DNA of 64,000 nt from Takakia lepidozioides (lineage: Eukaryota; Plantae; Bryophyta). The stretch is taken from assembly GCA_030704615.1 (NCBI GenBank), contig CM060734.1, forward strand, positions 6,324,001 through 6,388,000. Reading direction: 5' to 3'. The notes below the pieces were generated by a model, which was given only the letters and a program-made list of their open reading frames with translations, did no database searches and was not told where the DNA came from. Numbering within the stretch: position 1 is the stretch's first letter; every line of letters starts with the position of its first letter. Both the position numbers and the translations under genes were made by a program. Shown here one piece after another: positions 12,763 through 24,297 of this stretch.

Positions 12763-12997
12763 TATCCACGCGGCACATTGTTACAAGGCAAACAGGGCAA
12801 CTACTTCGGAACCAAATTGACCAACCAAGAGGATGTCTCACACCATGATGTACAACAATTTGCCAATATGACAAGAACAACTGCAAATTGTTGTATATCA
12901 TAGTGATAGACGTCTTTTTGTCAATATGATTTTGAAGTACTTGCACTCCAATTTCACCGGCCTCCATTTATCCCCATACTGTGAGGGGATGCACATG

Positions 12998-13162
12998 TTT
13001 GTGATGACATGTGCTAGTACGACTATTAGGGCTAGCACCGAGCTATTTGCATCCTACGAGTTCTCGCGAGATGCTTGGGACCTCCAGATACAGCATGAGT
13101 AGGATGTGTGTGACAGAACTAGGGTTGCTTTGAGACCGGGATCGCGTAGAAGGGCATTGTAG
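12998..13162 (+). pseudogene. C-terminal fragment of a second, diverged SET-domain ORF
   Basis: FVMTCASTTIRASTELFASYEFSRDAWDLQIQHE*...SRRRAL* aligns co-linearly with FVMTCACTTIPAGSELFASYEFSDKAWDERVHREW...GRRGNL* at 7732-7893. Confidence 0.8.
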
Positions 13163-13354
13163 ATATTCTCATGATGCACTTTGGATACATTTGATTAACC
13201 GATTGATGTGAATATTTCTTCTTGATGCTTATCTTTTGAGACTTTGCATTGGTGATCTGAACATACTTAAGCACATGTGGACCAAAGATGAGCTTGAACC
13301 AAGTTCATTCAATGGGTCATTCAAGTGATGAACATAACTACGTGTCGTACTGAT

Positions 13355-16165
13355 GGAAAACTGTGTTTCGCCTGCACATGATCTTTTTTTAGTTCCATTC
13401 TCCAACCATATGCTTAATGATGGCATATGCAATGTGCGTGCAAAATTTCGCAGCAAAAAAAAATCATCTGGACCCAAAACCATATTTTCTTCCCTCATTT
13501 GCACTCCAAGATTAAGTTCTCTTCAACTTCATGCACTCTTCATAGAGAGTTCTGCAATAGTGACCCAATAAAAAAAAAATCGTTTTTTTTTTGTCCAATC
13601 TTTTGCATGGATGTAGTAGTCCAAAGTCTGAAAGAGCAAAATAAAGCCAAAAATAAAATCATTACGCCCCTCAAATCCGCAATCCTAGATATTCTAAATC
13701 ATAATACTTATTTAAAATTCATTAAAATTCTATTTAATCAGAAATGGTTCTATTAGTGACTCCGTGGGGGTCGCTACTACTATCAGCGCCTTCCCTGAGG
13801 TCGCTTCAAGTCCCTAAACAATAACCCGACGCTGTTAACAGCGACCCCTAGGCCGTCGCAGTCAGTTTTGTTTGTCCATATTTTGGGGGGTGTTATCAAC
13901 GCCTTCCTGGGAGTCGCTTCAACTTCCTAACAATAACCCGACGCTACTTAACAGCGACCCATGGGGGGTCACTGTGAGTATTTTTGCAAAATATTTTTGG
14001 GGTGCGATCAGCGCCTTCAGGGGGGTCGCTACAAGTCCATACAATTAAGTAACCCGACGCCGGTTACCTGCGACCCCCTAGGGGTCGCTGTCATATTTTT
14101 TGCAAGTATTTTTTGGGGTGCTATCAGCGCCTTCCTAGGGGTCACTTCAAGTCCCTAAACAATAACCCGACGCTGATTAACAGCGACCCATGGGGGGTCG
14201 CTGTGAGTTTTTTTGTAAAATATTTTTGGGGTGCTATCAGCGCCTCCCTGGGAGTCGGTACATGTCCCTACGCTAACCCAACGCTGGTTAATAGCGTCCC
14301 CTTGGAAGTAGCTGCTTGTTGTTGTTGTTGTTTTTTTTTTTTTTTTTGGTTTTTTTTTTTCCCATATTTGTGTTGGGTGCTACCAGCAACTCTCTGGGCA
14401 TCGGTTGTAGTTCCCAAATATTTTACTGGGGGTGTTTAACAGCGACCACGAGGGGGTCGTAGGTGTTTTTTCTTTCGCCATGTTTCCTGGGGTAGTGCCA
14501 TCAACGCCCGGGCGGTCGCCGCCAATTCTATTTGGGTTTCAAGATAACCCGACGGTGTTTGGCAACGACGTGTAGGGTGTCGGATCCGGTCGACTGCACA
14601 TGATTTTTTTTTAATTCCATTCTCAAGCCATATGCTTAATGACAGCGTCTACAATGTGCGTGCCCTCACTACTGGGTCATGAAGTGGTGCAGAAGGTGGA
14701 ATTTGGTGTGAACAACTCCCAAGATTCCTACACCCATTTCAGAGAACGAGATTGAGGTACACGTCAGGCCATCCAAATACAGACGGAAAACTGTGTTTCG
14801 CCTGCACATGATTTTTTTTTTGTTCCATTCTCCATCCATATGCTTAATGACAACGTGTGCAATGTGCGTGCAAAATTTCGGAGCAAAAAAAAATCATCTG
14901 GACCCAAAACCATATTTTCTTCCCTCATTTGCACTCCATGATTAAGTTCTCTTCAACTTCATGTACTCTTCATAGAGAGTTCTACAATAGTGACCCAAGA
15001 TTTTTTATTTTTTTATTTTTTATTTTTTATTTTGTTTTGGTCCAATCTTTTGCATGGATGTAGTAGTCCAAAGTCTGAAATCAAAGAACAAAATAAAGCC
15101 AAAAATAAAATCATTATGCCCCTCAAATCCGCAATCCTAGATATTCTAAATCATAATACTTATTTAAAATTCATTAAAATTCGATTTAATAAAAAATGGT
15201 TCTATTAGTGACTCCCTGGGGTCGCTACTACTATCAGCGCCTTCCCTGAGGTCGCTTCGAGTCCCTAAACAATAACCCGACGCTGTTGACAGCGACCCCT
15301 AGGCCGTCGCTGTCAGACTTTTTTGTCCATATTTTTGGGGGTGCTATCAGCGCCTTCCTGGGGTCGCTTCAACTTCCTAACAATAACCCGACGCTGCTTA
15401 ACAGTGACCCATGGGGGGTGGCTGTGAGTATTTTTGCAAAATATTTTTGGGGTGTTGCGCCTCCCTGGGGGTCGGTACATGTCCCTACGCTAATTACCCG
15501 ACGATGTTTAACAGCGCCCCCTAGGGAGACTGTTGTTGTGTGAATGTTTTTTTTCTTTTCTTTTCTTGTGTGGGGTGCTACCAGCGACTCCCTGGGTGTT
15601 GGTTCGAGCTCCCAAATATATATTGGGGTGCGCGTAGCGACTGCTTAGGGGTCGTAGTCAGCTGTTTAGTTATTTGTTAATAGCGACTGTAGAGAAGTCG
15701 GTAGGATACCGTCCATTCAGGGGTCGGTTACGGGTTTCCTGCTCAAAAATCAGACTTTAAATTGAAATTAAATAATTAAAAATCAAAATCAGAACTTTAA
15801 TAATCAAATTTCCCCGTTAAAGCGACGCCCAGGACGACGGTAGACAGTGTTAAAAAATATATTTGGTTGGCCCGGAGGTCGTTTGGGGGGGAAAAACCCT
15901 AATCCGACCCCAGAGGGGTCGGATGGGGACCGTCGGCAGGGGCGTCGCAGGAAGAAACTGATGGGAAATCAACCCCGCGGTATTAGTGACGCCAGGGGGG
16001 TCGGTCCCAATACATAGTCATTTTGGGATCCTCATTTTGCTAGGATTTCAGTATAGCGACCTCTTAGGGGTCGGTATAATACCGACCCCTGAATAGCGAC
16101 CCTCTTGGCGTCGCTAATAAGTGGGGTCGCACGGTGCCGCGCGCGCCGGGCCGTGGGCGTCGTAA
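13355..16165. repeat. CACTA right-arm subterminal repeats with a large internal duplication (offset 1431 bp)
   Basis: A block starting GGAAAACTGTGTTTCGCCTGCACATGA occurs at 13355 and 14786, with a partial third copy at ~14594. Dozens of AGCGACCCC/GGGGTCGC motifs in both orientations. Confidence 0.85.
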
Positions 16166-16189
16166 CCCCCCCCCCTTTTTGCAGTAGTG

Positions 16190-16748
16190 TCATTAGCATA
16201 TCCTAAGCTGACCCAGAGACAGCTGTAACAATTACACCGACGTGCTCCTCCCCAAGGTTTTCACCGAGAATAACTTCGTCAGGTAGATACGCCACAATCC
16301 GGCCCTCAGCGATGACGTCCATCTCGTCATTGAGAAGATTGCACATCTGATTACGGCAAGTATCTCTTCCTAATATATGATGTGCGCCTTTCTGACACTC
16401 GGCACTCTTCTTTTTTGTTGTCTCTTGTGAAACTTTTGTTCCTGCGCCTTCAACACCATCTGTATTGTCCTTCTGTATTGTATCCTCCAAAACATTCGTG
16501 CTCGCTCCAGCATCGGACAAGCACCCTCACCCTCCATTCGCACACGTTTCTCAACTTCACTAACTTTCCAGACAATCGGTGTCCCCAACACTTCTCCAAG
16601 AGTCTCCGTGTCTGGATGTGAATACGGCAAGCTAATTGACTCCATTCCATGTATCATGGTTTTCAATATGACGCTCACTAAACTACTAGAGAGACGTCTG
16701 CCATGACAAAATCCCTCTCCAAACGTATTCAGACATGTACCCTCAGCG
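16190..16748 (-). pseudogene. TnpA/TNP1-like (En/Spm) C-terminal domain fragments from a different CACTA element
   Basis: Two tandem Tnp1-like modules: AEGTC...LPYSHPDTETLGEVLGTPIVWKVSEV and CNLLNDEMDVIAEGRIV...LGEEHVGVIV. Cut by the CACTA end on one side and the MULE end on the other. Confidence 0.6.
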
Positions 16749-16775
16749 GGGGCTGCTATTTCATGAGCCATGAGC
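16749..16775 (+). mobile_element. Putative MULE-type terminus, copy A (GGGGCTGCTATTTCATGAGCCATGAGC)
   Basis: An identical 27-mer occurs at 43550. In both places it abruptly truncates an unrelated ORF immediately after a CG. Confidence 0.65.
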
Positions 16776-17183
16776 GGCATGAACCGTGAGCAGAGTCGTA
16801 AGTGTCGAAAAAAACATGAGCAGGACTATTTTCCGGAAATGAGTGTCCGCGGGAATAGGGTTGAGGGTGTCACGGTCATAGGGGGAGAATGACCTCCCGA
16901 TGAAGGAGATTCGGCAATGTTTTTTAGAATTACATATTGAAAGGCAATGTTTCACAAATGGTAGGGTGGTACTGCTCTGTACAATGGGGGCCCATTTCAG
17001 CCTACCAGCCACTTGCAAAATCCACCCCCACTCCCAATCCCAAACGAAATGAGGAATGATGCATTCTGGGAACGATGGATACAGAATAGACCAAAAAAGA
17101 GGGCACAATGGGGTTTTTATTGATCCACATGAATTGCATTTGAAGCACGTCTACTATGCTGATGGTGCAAACAAATCTATAGC

Positions 17184-17911
17184 TGTCGCGCCCCTTTGCC
17201 TTGAGGGCAGGGGGTCGGGACACAAGAGGGGCTGCCCCTGTGGTGGGGGCAATGGCAACAATAGATGCAGGGGCTGAAGCACCCTTGAGTGCCCAAGGCA
17301 CTCAAGGAGGCGGAGGCGCTCATTAGGTGGAGCCCCGCACACCGGGTTGCGGTGGGGGTGGTTCCACGAGGGGTGGTGGTAGCTTAGCGGGACTTAGTAG
17401 GGGTGGCATAGGACTCACCATGGGGGCGGAGACCTTGTGGTGGGAGTCGTGGGGAGTCTTGGGACTCATCACGGTCCAATGGGACCGTGGTGGGTGGGCC
17501 AAGACTCACCGCGACTCATCACCGGGAGTTGAGGTTTTTCGTGGTGGTTCGCCATAAAATGGCATGGTTGTTTGTGAAACCCCCGCGGACAGTCACAGAA
17601 GTATATATAGGGAGTAGTAACCCCGAGAACGGTGCAAGCCCGTTGGTGACCAAAAACTAGTGAGTAAGCGTGCGAGCCGGAAAGCGACCAAGGTGTAGGG
17701 AGCTGTTCCGGACTGCCATCGACCAAAGGGAATTTCCACTTGGCCCACAAATTGAGAGAGGGTCTCGTGGAGGAGTAAAGGGGGACCGTTATGTCCTGGT
17801 GAGCAGCCGAAGCTCCGAGTTGGCCCGGCGGCCAGTTTGGGAGTTAGACGCGCGCATCAAAGCAAGTAACTATGACTTGAAGGGGAGCTTACTGAAGTGA
17901 GGTGCGCGACA
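17184..17911 (+). mobile_element. Solo LTR (~728 bp) of the chromovirus family
   Basis: TGTCGCG...CGCGACA with perfect TSD ATAGC (17179-17183 / 17912-17916). Confidence 0.95.
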
Positions 17912-17937
17912 ATAGCCCTGTGCCTTCTGAATATAAG

Positions 17938-18501
17938 TCACGTTGTGAACGAGACTTCGACTGCTTTGAAAACTAGCTCATGAGTCATCGGGCTCCTCCA
18001 GGTAAACTGGATTGCATCCGTTGTACCGCCCCTGTTGATGTTCACCACAATGTCGTGCCCTTCAATCATACCACCATCGAATATGGAAAGCTTCACGTTT
18101 TCGTCGTCCACACCAATACGAATGTCCCCATACAATGGAGAAGAGGAGCGCACTCCTTCAGGAGTATACGTCTCTCCGATGGAATCCACCCACGTCCACT
18201 GGCAGCAGTTCCACCGTAACAGCAAAGCAGTGCGCATTCTTCTGCATGGGTACCTGTCGTAGTTGGGAAAATCGGAATCAAGGATGCGTAGGAGCCACGG
18301 ACTCCTCAGACCAAGATCGTCACCCCGCTTAAAGGCGTAGTGGCCTGGGATATACTCAAAAGCTGACAATGTTTCTACATTCGCCCCACTATCTTCTGTG
18401 TAAACTGTGTGCCAGATAACGATGTCTCCCGATGTGGCCGAATACATTGCATAATTGAAGCCTCCATAAGGGCAGTTGTCCCGGTTCCAGAAGCACGACA
18501 T
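17938..18501 (-). pseudogene. Unknown 'CCQW'-family gene, copy 1, 3' part (5' part at ~42672-42840)
   Basis: 187-aa ORF homologous to 43099-43549 and 54037-54463, split by the 24-kb gypsy insertion. The rebuilt empty site TTTGCAAGGATGTCGTG matches copy 2. Confidence 0.75.
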
Positions 18502-18506
18502 CCTTG

Positions 18507-20942
18507 GTAGTGTGAATGCAGAGGAGTAACATTAAAAAATTTGTTGTTACTTGTTCAGCTTCTGCATTTCTACAGGACAGGGGATCTGATACCAGCGGGA
18601 AGGAATTTGAGCTATCCTTGTGAGGTTATTAGGAACAACATGGGAACATTGGGAAACGCTTGGCCAGGATATAGCCTAAGTACCTACAATTTATCATCCA
18701 TCCATGCTTTATCATCCATGAGTATGAACGAATGGCCAGGTGTGCTTCTCATCCGAGTGATGAATGAACTTCATCTATGCGCGATGGCAGGGAATGCCCT
18801 ATGGGGTGCCATGAGCAGAAGAACGAGCAAGAGTGCGTGTAACAGGGAGTGCGGGAAGAAAAACACTTGGAGGTTCTGCTGCGGGAAATGGAATGAGCAG
18901 GGAGAGTAGGAAGAAACACAAAGAGGAGATTCTGCTGTGAGTCAATGGTGCCGCCATCTTCGTGGTAATAATCAAATTCTGGAGGAGATACTTGTAGGGA
19001 GATTGGGTAGCTTAGGGCTTGCCGGAGGATGATCGTACAGGGAATAGCTTGGAAGAGTTGTGCTCAAGCCAGGTGAAGGGAGGCGGTGCTGTCACTGATC
19101 TTGTGCAACCACCAAAGCCGCCATTGCCTTGATGTACATAATCATGGGAGGATGAGCTTGCAAGGGAAACGGCCAGCTGCCAGAGAACAGGGAGGTGGGG
19201 TTGCTGGCACAATCAATGGTGAGTTAGGATGAGGAGCAACTCGACATAACGAGCATCTGCCAAAGCGAATGAAGGATTGGCTTGTGGATGGTGACTCAGG
19301 TTATCTGTAAGTAAGGAGGTAAAGAGTGGAATGTACAAATGCAGGAAGCTTTCAGATAATCACTGTCTTCTTGCTATAAGATCATATCAGATCTTAGGGT
19401 AGGTTTGCTTAGATAGTGAGGTAGGGTAGTTAGTTGGCAAGCTACAGGGGTGTTGCCATAGGCTGAAGCAGGGCCGTCATGACTTAATGAACACTGGAAT
19501 TGTCAAATCCAGACGAGAAGAGGAGTTAAGGTAGCTGCTGGCGGAGATGGTGAGGTGCCATTTTGGCAGGCAGACCCACCGCTTCACCTGGAGTATAAGA
19601 CATATAAGTTCGTAGACACGAGGCTTCTTTTTTTTGGCACTTAGGAATCATTGTTGTGAAATTTTGGTAGAGACTCTCAAACTGAGAGCGTGATGAGGAC
19701 AGGAAAAAAACTTTGAAAATGGGATGGAGACTATGGACTTCAAACCAGGATGGGGTGGAGATGAATGGATCTGATGCACATGTCTGTAGGAGTGCTGATT
19801 GAGGGCAGATGTAGTTCACCCACAGTGACAGAATGCTTGTTGTTTGTTTTGTTTTTGTTCCTTTGGCTTCAGTATCATGAATCTACATACAATGCGGCTC
19901 TGGGATTTTGATGATTAGATGTAAATGCAATCCAGTGTAGTTGATGTGAGCACTAGTGAGGGTTAGCTGTAATCTCTTGAAATCAGAAAGAGGAAGAGGT
20001 GGATGGCTGATACAAAGAGTAGGGCACATTGAATGAATATGCTTGCACACTGTAAGACAATCAGATTCCAAGTTTAATTACTAGAGGTGGATGGGGCTGC
20101 AAACTGACACTGATGTAGAGTTTAGAACTGGTTCAGAGTGGACTCGGCATTTGAACTCTGTTGGTTCAAATCTAAAAGTGCAAAAGTGAGCTGTTGGGGT
20201 GTGTAGATGCAGATCTGTAGAAGGGTTGGGAACTGACTAACAAACTGGGTTGTCCCTGGAGGCAAATGGTGTGAAGGGTCTGTTTTGGGTGAGAGAAAGA
20301 CTGATGGAAGAGCTGATCATGTCTTGTGTGACCAAGGTTTGATTCCAAGGCTGGATTCACTGGATACATGGCTGAATGTGTTTGCATTGCATGTAGATAG
20401 GCTGCTGGTTGGAAGAAAATGAGCCAGGGAATTTTACAGCAGGAAGGAGAGAGAAAAGGTTTGGGAAGGGAGAGAGCTGCTTAGTAAAAGGGGTAACGAG
20501 GGATGGTCAACTGGGAGATAGAGGAAAAACCATGACATCTGCAGAGAATCACTAGGCTTGTAATTCATGGCAGATCTGAGTTGCCTTTCTCTTATCAGTG
20601 ATCTCATTACAAAAGGGGTTTCGACGTGTGTTGCTCAAGGGTGATGCCCACATGGGTCGCATTTAGCTCCGTCATAGGGCTGGTTGTATCACTGAAAACA
20701 TCACAGCAGCACCATTGGTGCTGCAATTGTATAAAGATTGTGTAAATCATGAACAAGAAGGATTCAATCCCCTACATGTTTTCTCTTCCGCTGCGGCGTG
20801 AATGAGGATTTATGAACTCTGATCATGAACGATAGGAGGGAAACCCATAACCGTGTGCCGCTGGTAGATTGCTAGGTTGTTCTTTTTACTGGAAGAAGTA
20901 CAATTAGAATTACACAGGAGGGGATTTATGCCCCCTTCTTTT
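18507..20942 (+). repeat. 5' LTR of element A
   Basis: Co-linear with 40217-42657. Starts GTAGTGTGAATG (first T missing or mutated) and lacks the terminal CACACTACA. Confidence 0.93.
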
Positions 20943-20953
20943 GGTATCAGGGC
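20942..20953 (+). promoter_or_regulatory. Primer binding site (initiator Met tRNA type) of element A
   Basis: TGGTATCAGGGC, one mismatch to the canonical TGGTATCAGAGC. Confidence 0.85.
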
Positions 20954-21008
20954 TGCGCTGAATCTTGAAACTATTAGCTAGGGATCTTGATTGGGATTGG
21001 CTGGTTTG

Positions 21009-21320
21009 ATGGCAGGCAGAGACCACACGCTGACTCCTGATGAACCAAGTATTGGAGATGTGCTTATTTGCTTTAGCCGACGCTCAGCAAATGCCTATTC
21101 AGAGCCTCGTTTGTACTTCTTCAACCCTCCTTGGAGAATAGCTGATGGTGATTTATGTCTTAGGGTGATACATGCTGGAGGTAGAACAACCATTGTGCTT
21201 TGGATAAGAGAGTTAGGAAGGTGGGAGAAGATAAACACCATGGCACGAGAGGTGACATGGGGAGGTAGAGTAGAAACGTTGAGAAATGGACAGTGGGAGT
21301 GGTATAGAGGTCAGCATTAG
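21009..21320 (+). CDS. Short extra ORF between PBS and gag of element A (unknown function)
   Basis: 103-aa Trp-rich ORF starting at ATG, in a different frame from gag. Confidence 0.35.
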   Translation: MAGRDHTLTPDEPSIGDVLICFSRRSANAYSEPRLYFFNPPWRIADGDLCLRVIHAGGRTTIVLWIRELGRWEKINTMAREVTWGGRVETLRNGQWEWYRGQH

Positions 21321-21393
21321 GGGTGTTGCAGGAAAATTTAAGATCAGAATTAGGTGTTAAACCAGCTTTGAACTCAGACTAGAGTGTAGAAGA

Positions 21394-24297
21394 ATGATCA
21401 GTCCAACTAGGATAGATGTACCTTACCATGGTAGGAATACTGAAGATGTGAATGACTGGTTGGAGAGGATTCAGATGGAGGCAGATGTCAGGGATTTAAA
21501 TGAGGATAAAACCTTCAAGGTTGCAAGGCTCAACCTGAGAGCCAAGGCTGATGAATGGTACCGTAAACAAAACCCTAGACCAGACAACTGGGAGGATTTC
21601 AGGGCAGCCATATCAGCCAAGTTTGGTGTCATTGACTTGGCAGAAATCAGGCTGAGGATGGATACCATTAAACAGGAAAGTAGACAGAGGGTTCAGACAT
21701 ACTTTGATAGGTTGAACCGGCTGTTTATAAGAAGTGGGGCGTCTGATTTGGAGCAGAGGCGTAGATTTGCAGCGGGTTTGAGACCAGAAATAGCAAGAGT
21801 AATGCTGGGTAGGCGCTTCTCTGATGTAGAGGAAGCACTTGAAACAACCATTGAGATTGAGAGGGGCCTGGGAAAATTGGGGGAAATACCTCTAGAGCCC
21901 TTGGAATGAGATGATACAGATGAGTCAGTTGTGTTTGTCAACCCTGTGGACAGAAGACTTGATCAGCTAAACACTACCCTACAGAAGTACTTCGATAGGG
22001 GACCAGTCATAGGAGAAAGCTCGGGATCTAGGACACCACCTCGTGTTCGCCTTTGTAACACTTGTCATAAAGAGGGTCACATAGCTGCATATTGTCCTGA
22101 AGGAAGAACCCAAGCTAAGTGTGACAAATGTCACCGGTTTGGGCATTCCACAGAAATGTGTGGTGTGAGATGCAACTTTTGCAAGGTGCTAGGGCATACT
22201 GAGAATGAGTGCAGTAGAAAACTCGACCAGACTATGATGGGAGCTCCTGGAACTAACTTTGTAGACGTGTTCTATGATGATGAGGATGATGTACTCGCAG
22301 AAATGACAGATCTGATGTCACAAAATAGTATCAATGAGGTCAGGCTTCCAAAGAACCGCATCCATGTCCAGAGGCCTATTGTTGAACCTGCAGAGTTACC
22401 AGAGAGGAGTGGTGAGAGCAGTGAACAACCAAGCAAGACCAAGAGTGAGATTTACCCAAAGAACAATTTCAAGGCTGCCGTAGAAGGAGGTACCAAATCC
22501 TGAATCCTGAACCACTTCTACAAGGGGAGAATATCCTTGTCTCCCATGGACCTGATCATGACTGTGCCTGGAGAGTTAGACAAATTGAAGGGTCTGGTCA
22601 AAGTGGTAGAAAGGGCAATGGTACAACAAAAGGAGGCAACTCACAGTGTGGAAACTGTGAGGGATGTTCCAAGGCCGTTGTACTCAGCACACGCTGAGCC
22701 CACGATCTCGTATGCTTATACTGGTAAGGTCAAAGCACTTCATGTGATGATTACAATGGGAGATTACCAAGTCTTAGGCCAGATTGACACCGGTGCCATG
22801 CTTTCTGTAATATCTGCAAGTACAGTCAGGGATCTTGGTTTGATGGGATCTGTTGTTACTGATAAGGATGTAAATTACAGAGTAGCTTCAGGTGCTCTTG
22901 AGTTTCAGGAAGAGACCCATCGTAGCATGGCTGCCTCTATCATACAAGAAGCTTACCAGAAAGCTTGGAATGGTGAACTAGGGAACAACAACGTGGAAAT
23001 AGAGGATGATTTCCATGATTGGAATCAGATTGTGACACAGGGAGAAGGGCAGAGGGTAGCTAACTCCGTGCACAAGTGGAGGGAAAGAGTTGGGATCCCA
23101 GCCATGAAGAAAAAATGGAGAGTCGCTGGAAAAGTCTGAAATCTAGACTTCACATCAATCCAGAGCTAGCCCAGGAACATAGGATGGAATTGGAGCAAGA
23201 GCTGAGAGAAAATCAGGAGTGTTTTGCTCTTAGCAAGGCTGAATTGGGTTATTGCAGTGAGGTGGAACATACAATTGATACACAAGGCTTTCCACCTTGC
23301 AGAAGTTGTCCCAGCCGCCTATCAGAGTGGGAGGAAAATGAAGTGCAAGGACAGATTGAGACTTTAATCTCACAAGGTAAGATGAGGGAAAGTAGTTCTG
23401 AATGGTCATGTCCAGTTACCCTTCCACCCAAGAAGGATGGATCCAAGCGTTTTTGTGGTGATTTTAGGCCAGTGAACCGCTTGACTAGGAGGGACTCTTA
23501 CCCTATGCCATTAATTCAAGATGTTTTGAACCAGTTGGGGAAAGCCAAGTGGTTTTCTGCATTGGATCTGCAATCTGGTTTTTGGCAGATCAAAATGGAT
23601 GACCAAGACATAAGCAAAACAGCAGTGATTACAAAGAAAGGATTGTATGAATGGCTAGTCATGCCATTTGGGCTAAAAAATGCCACTGCTACTTTTCAGA
23701 GGAATAGGGTGCTTAAAGAAGAGATTAAAGATTGTGCCAAGGTCTTTGTAGATGACGTCAACATCCATAGCAAGGACTGGGCAGATCACATGGGGCACAT
23801 AAAGAGAGTGTTGAAGAAGCTTAGAAGAGCCAATCTTAGGCTCAATCCGGACAAGTGTTACTTTGCCAACTTGCAGTTGGTGTTCCATGGGCATGTGGTC
23901 TTTGAAGAAGGAACTTGGCCTGATCCAGATAAGATAGCTGCAATTGAAAGGTTTCCCTTGCCCAAGAACTACACTGCTGTCAAAAGTTATTTGGGGATGA
24001 CAGGGTACTATAGGCCCTATGTCAAGGGATATGTTGGAGTGGCAGTGCCTTTGTTCACTCTAGCTAAGAAGGATGTGAAGTTTAGCTGGAGTGCAGAGGC
24101 ACGAAACGCCTTTTCTGCCCTACAGGTGAAGTTGGTGACTGCACCCATTCTGGCCAGGCCAGATTTCTCAAAGCCTTTCGTCTTGGATGTTGACTGGTCC
24201 ATCAAAGGGGTGGGGGCAGTGTTGTCACAGAAGGAGTATAAAAAGGAGAGGGTCATTGCATATGCTAGTAAGGTACTATCTGATGCTCAGCGTAAGT
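21394..24297 (+). pseudogene. Element A gag (three CCHC knuckles), partial protease, RT and RNase H N-terminal half
   Basis: Retrotrans_gag-like KQESRQRVQTYFDR; CNTCHKEGHIAAYC, CDKCHRFGHSTEMC, CNFCKVLGHTENEC; IDTGAMLSVI (protease C-terminal half appears deleted); LDLQSGFWQI, MPFGLKNA, FVDDV; LDVDWS. Confidence 0.93.

Larger units (their letters stand above)
5483..16189 (+). mobile_element. CACTA (En/Spm) element, left end deleted
   Basis: Right terminus ...TTTTTGCAGTAGTG ends at 16189 (reverse complement CACTACTGCAAAAA). Dense GCGACCCC/GGGGTCGC subterminal repeats on both sides and a TnpD-type transposase inside. No left CACTA terminus found. Confidence 0.88.

Noticed and set aside
4461-17916. 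Chromovirus target preference (TSDs GTAGC, ATAGC, TAGCC in element orientation)
   Set aside because: Only four sites, one of them shifted by a base and the fourth (CAAGA) disagreeing; insufficient evidence.
18541-20387. ORFs inside element A's LTRs, repeated at 40252-42101
   Set aside because: Their recurrence only reflects LTR duplication; indels between the LTRs shift the frames and I see no protein motifs.
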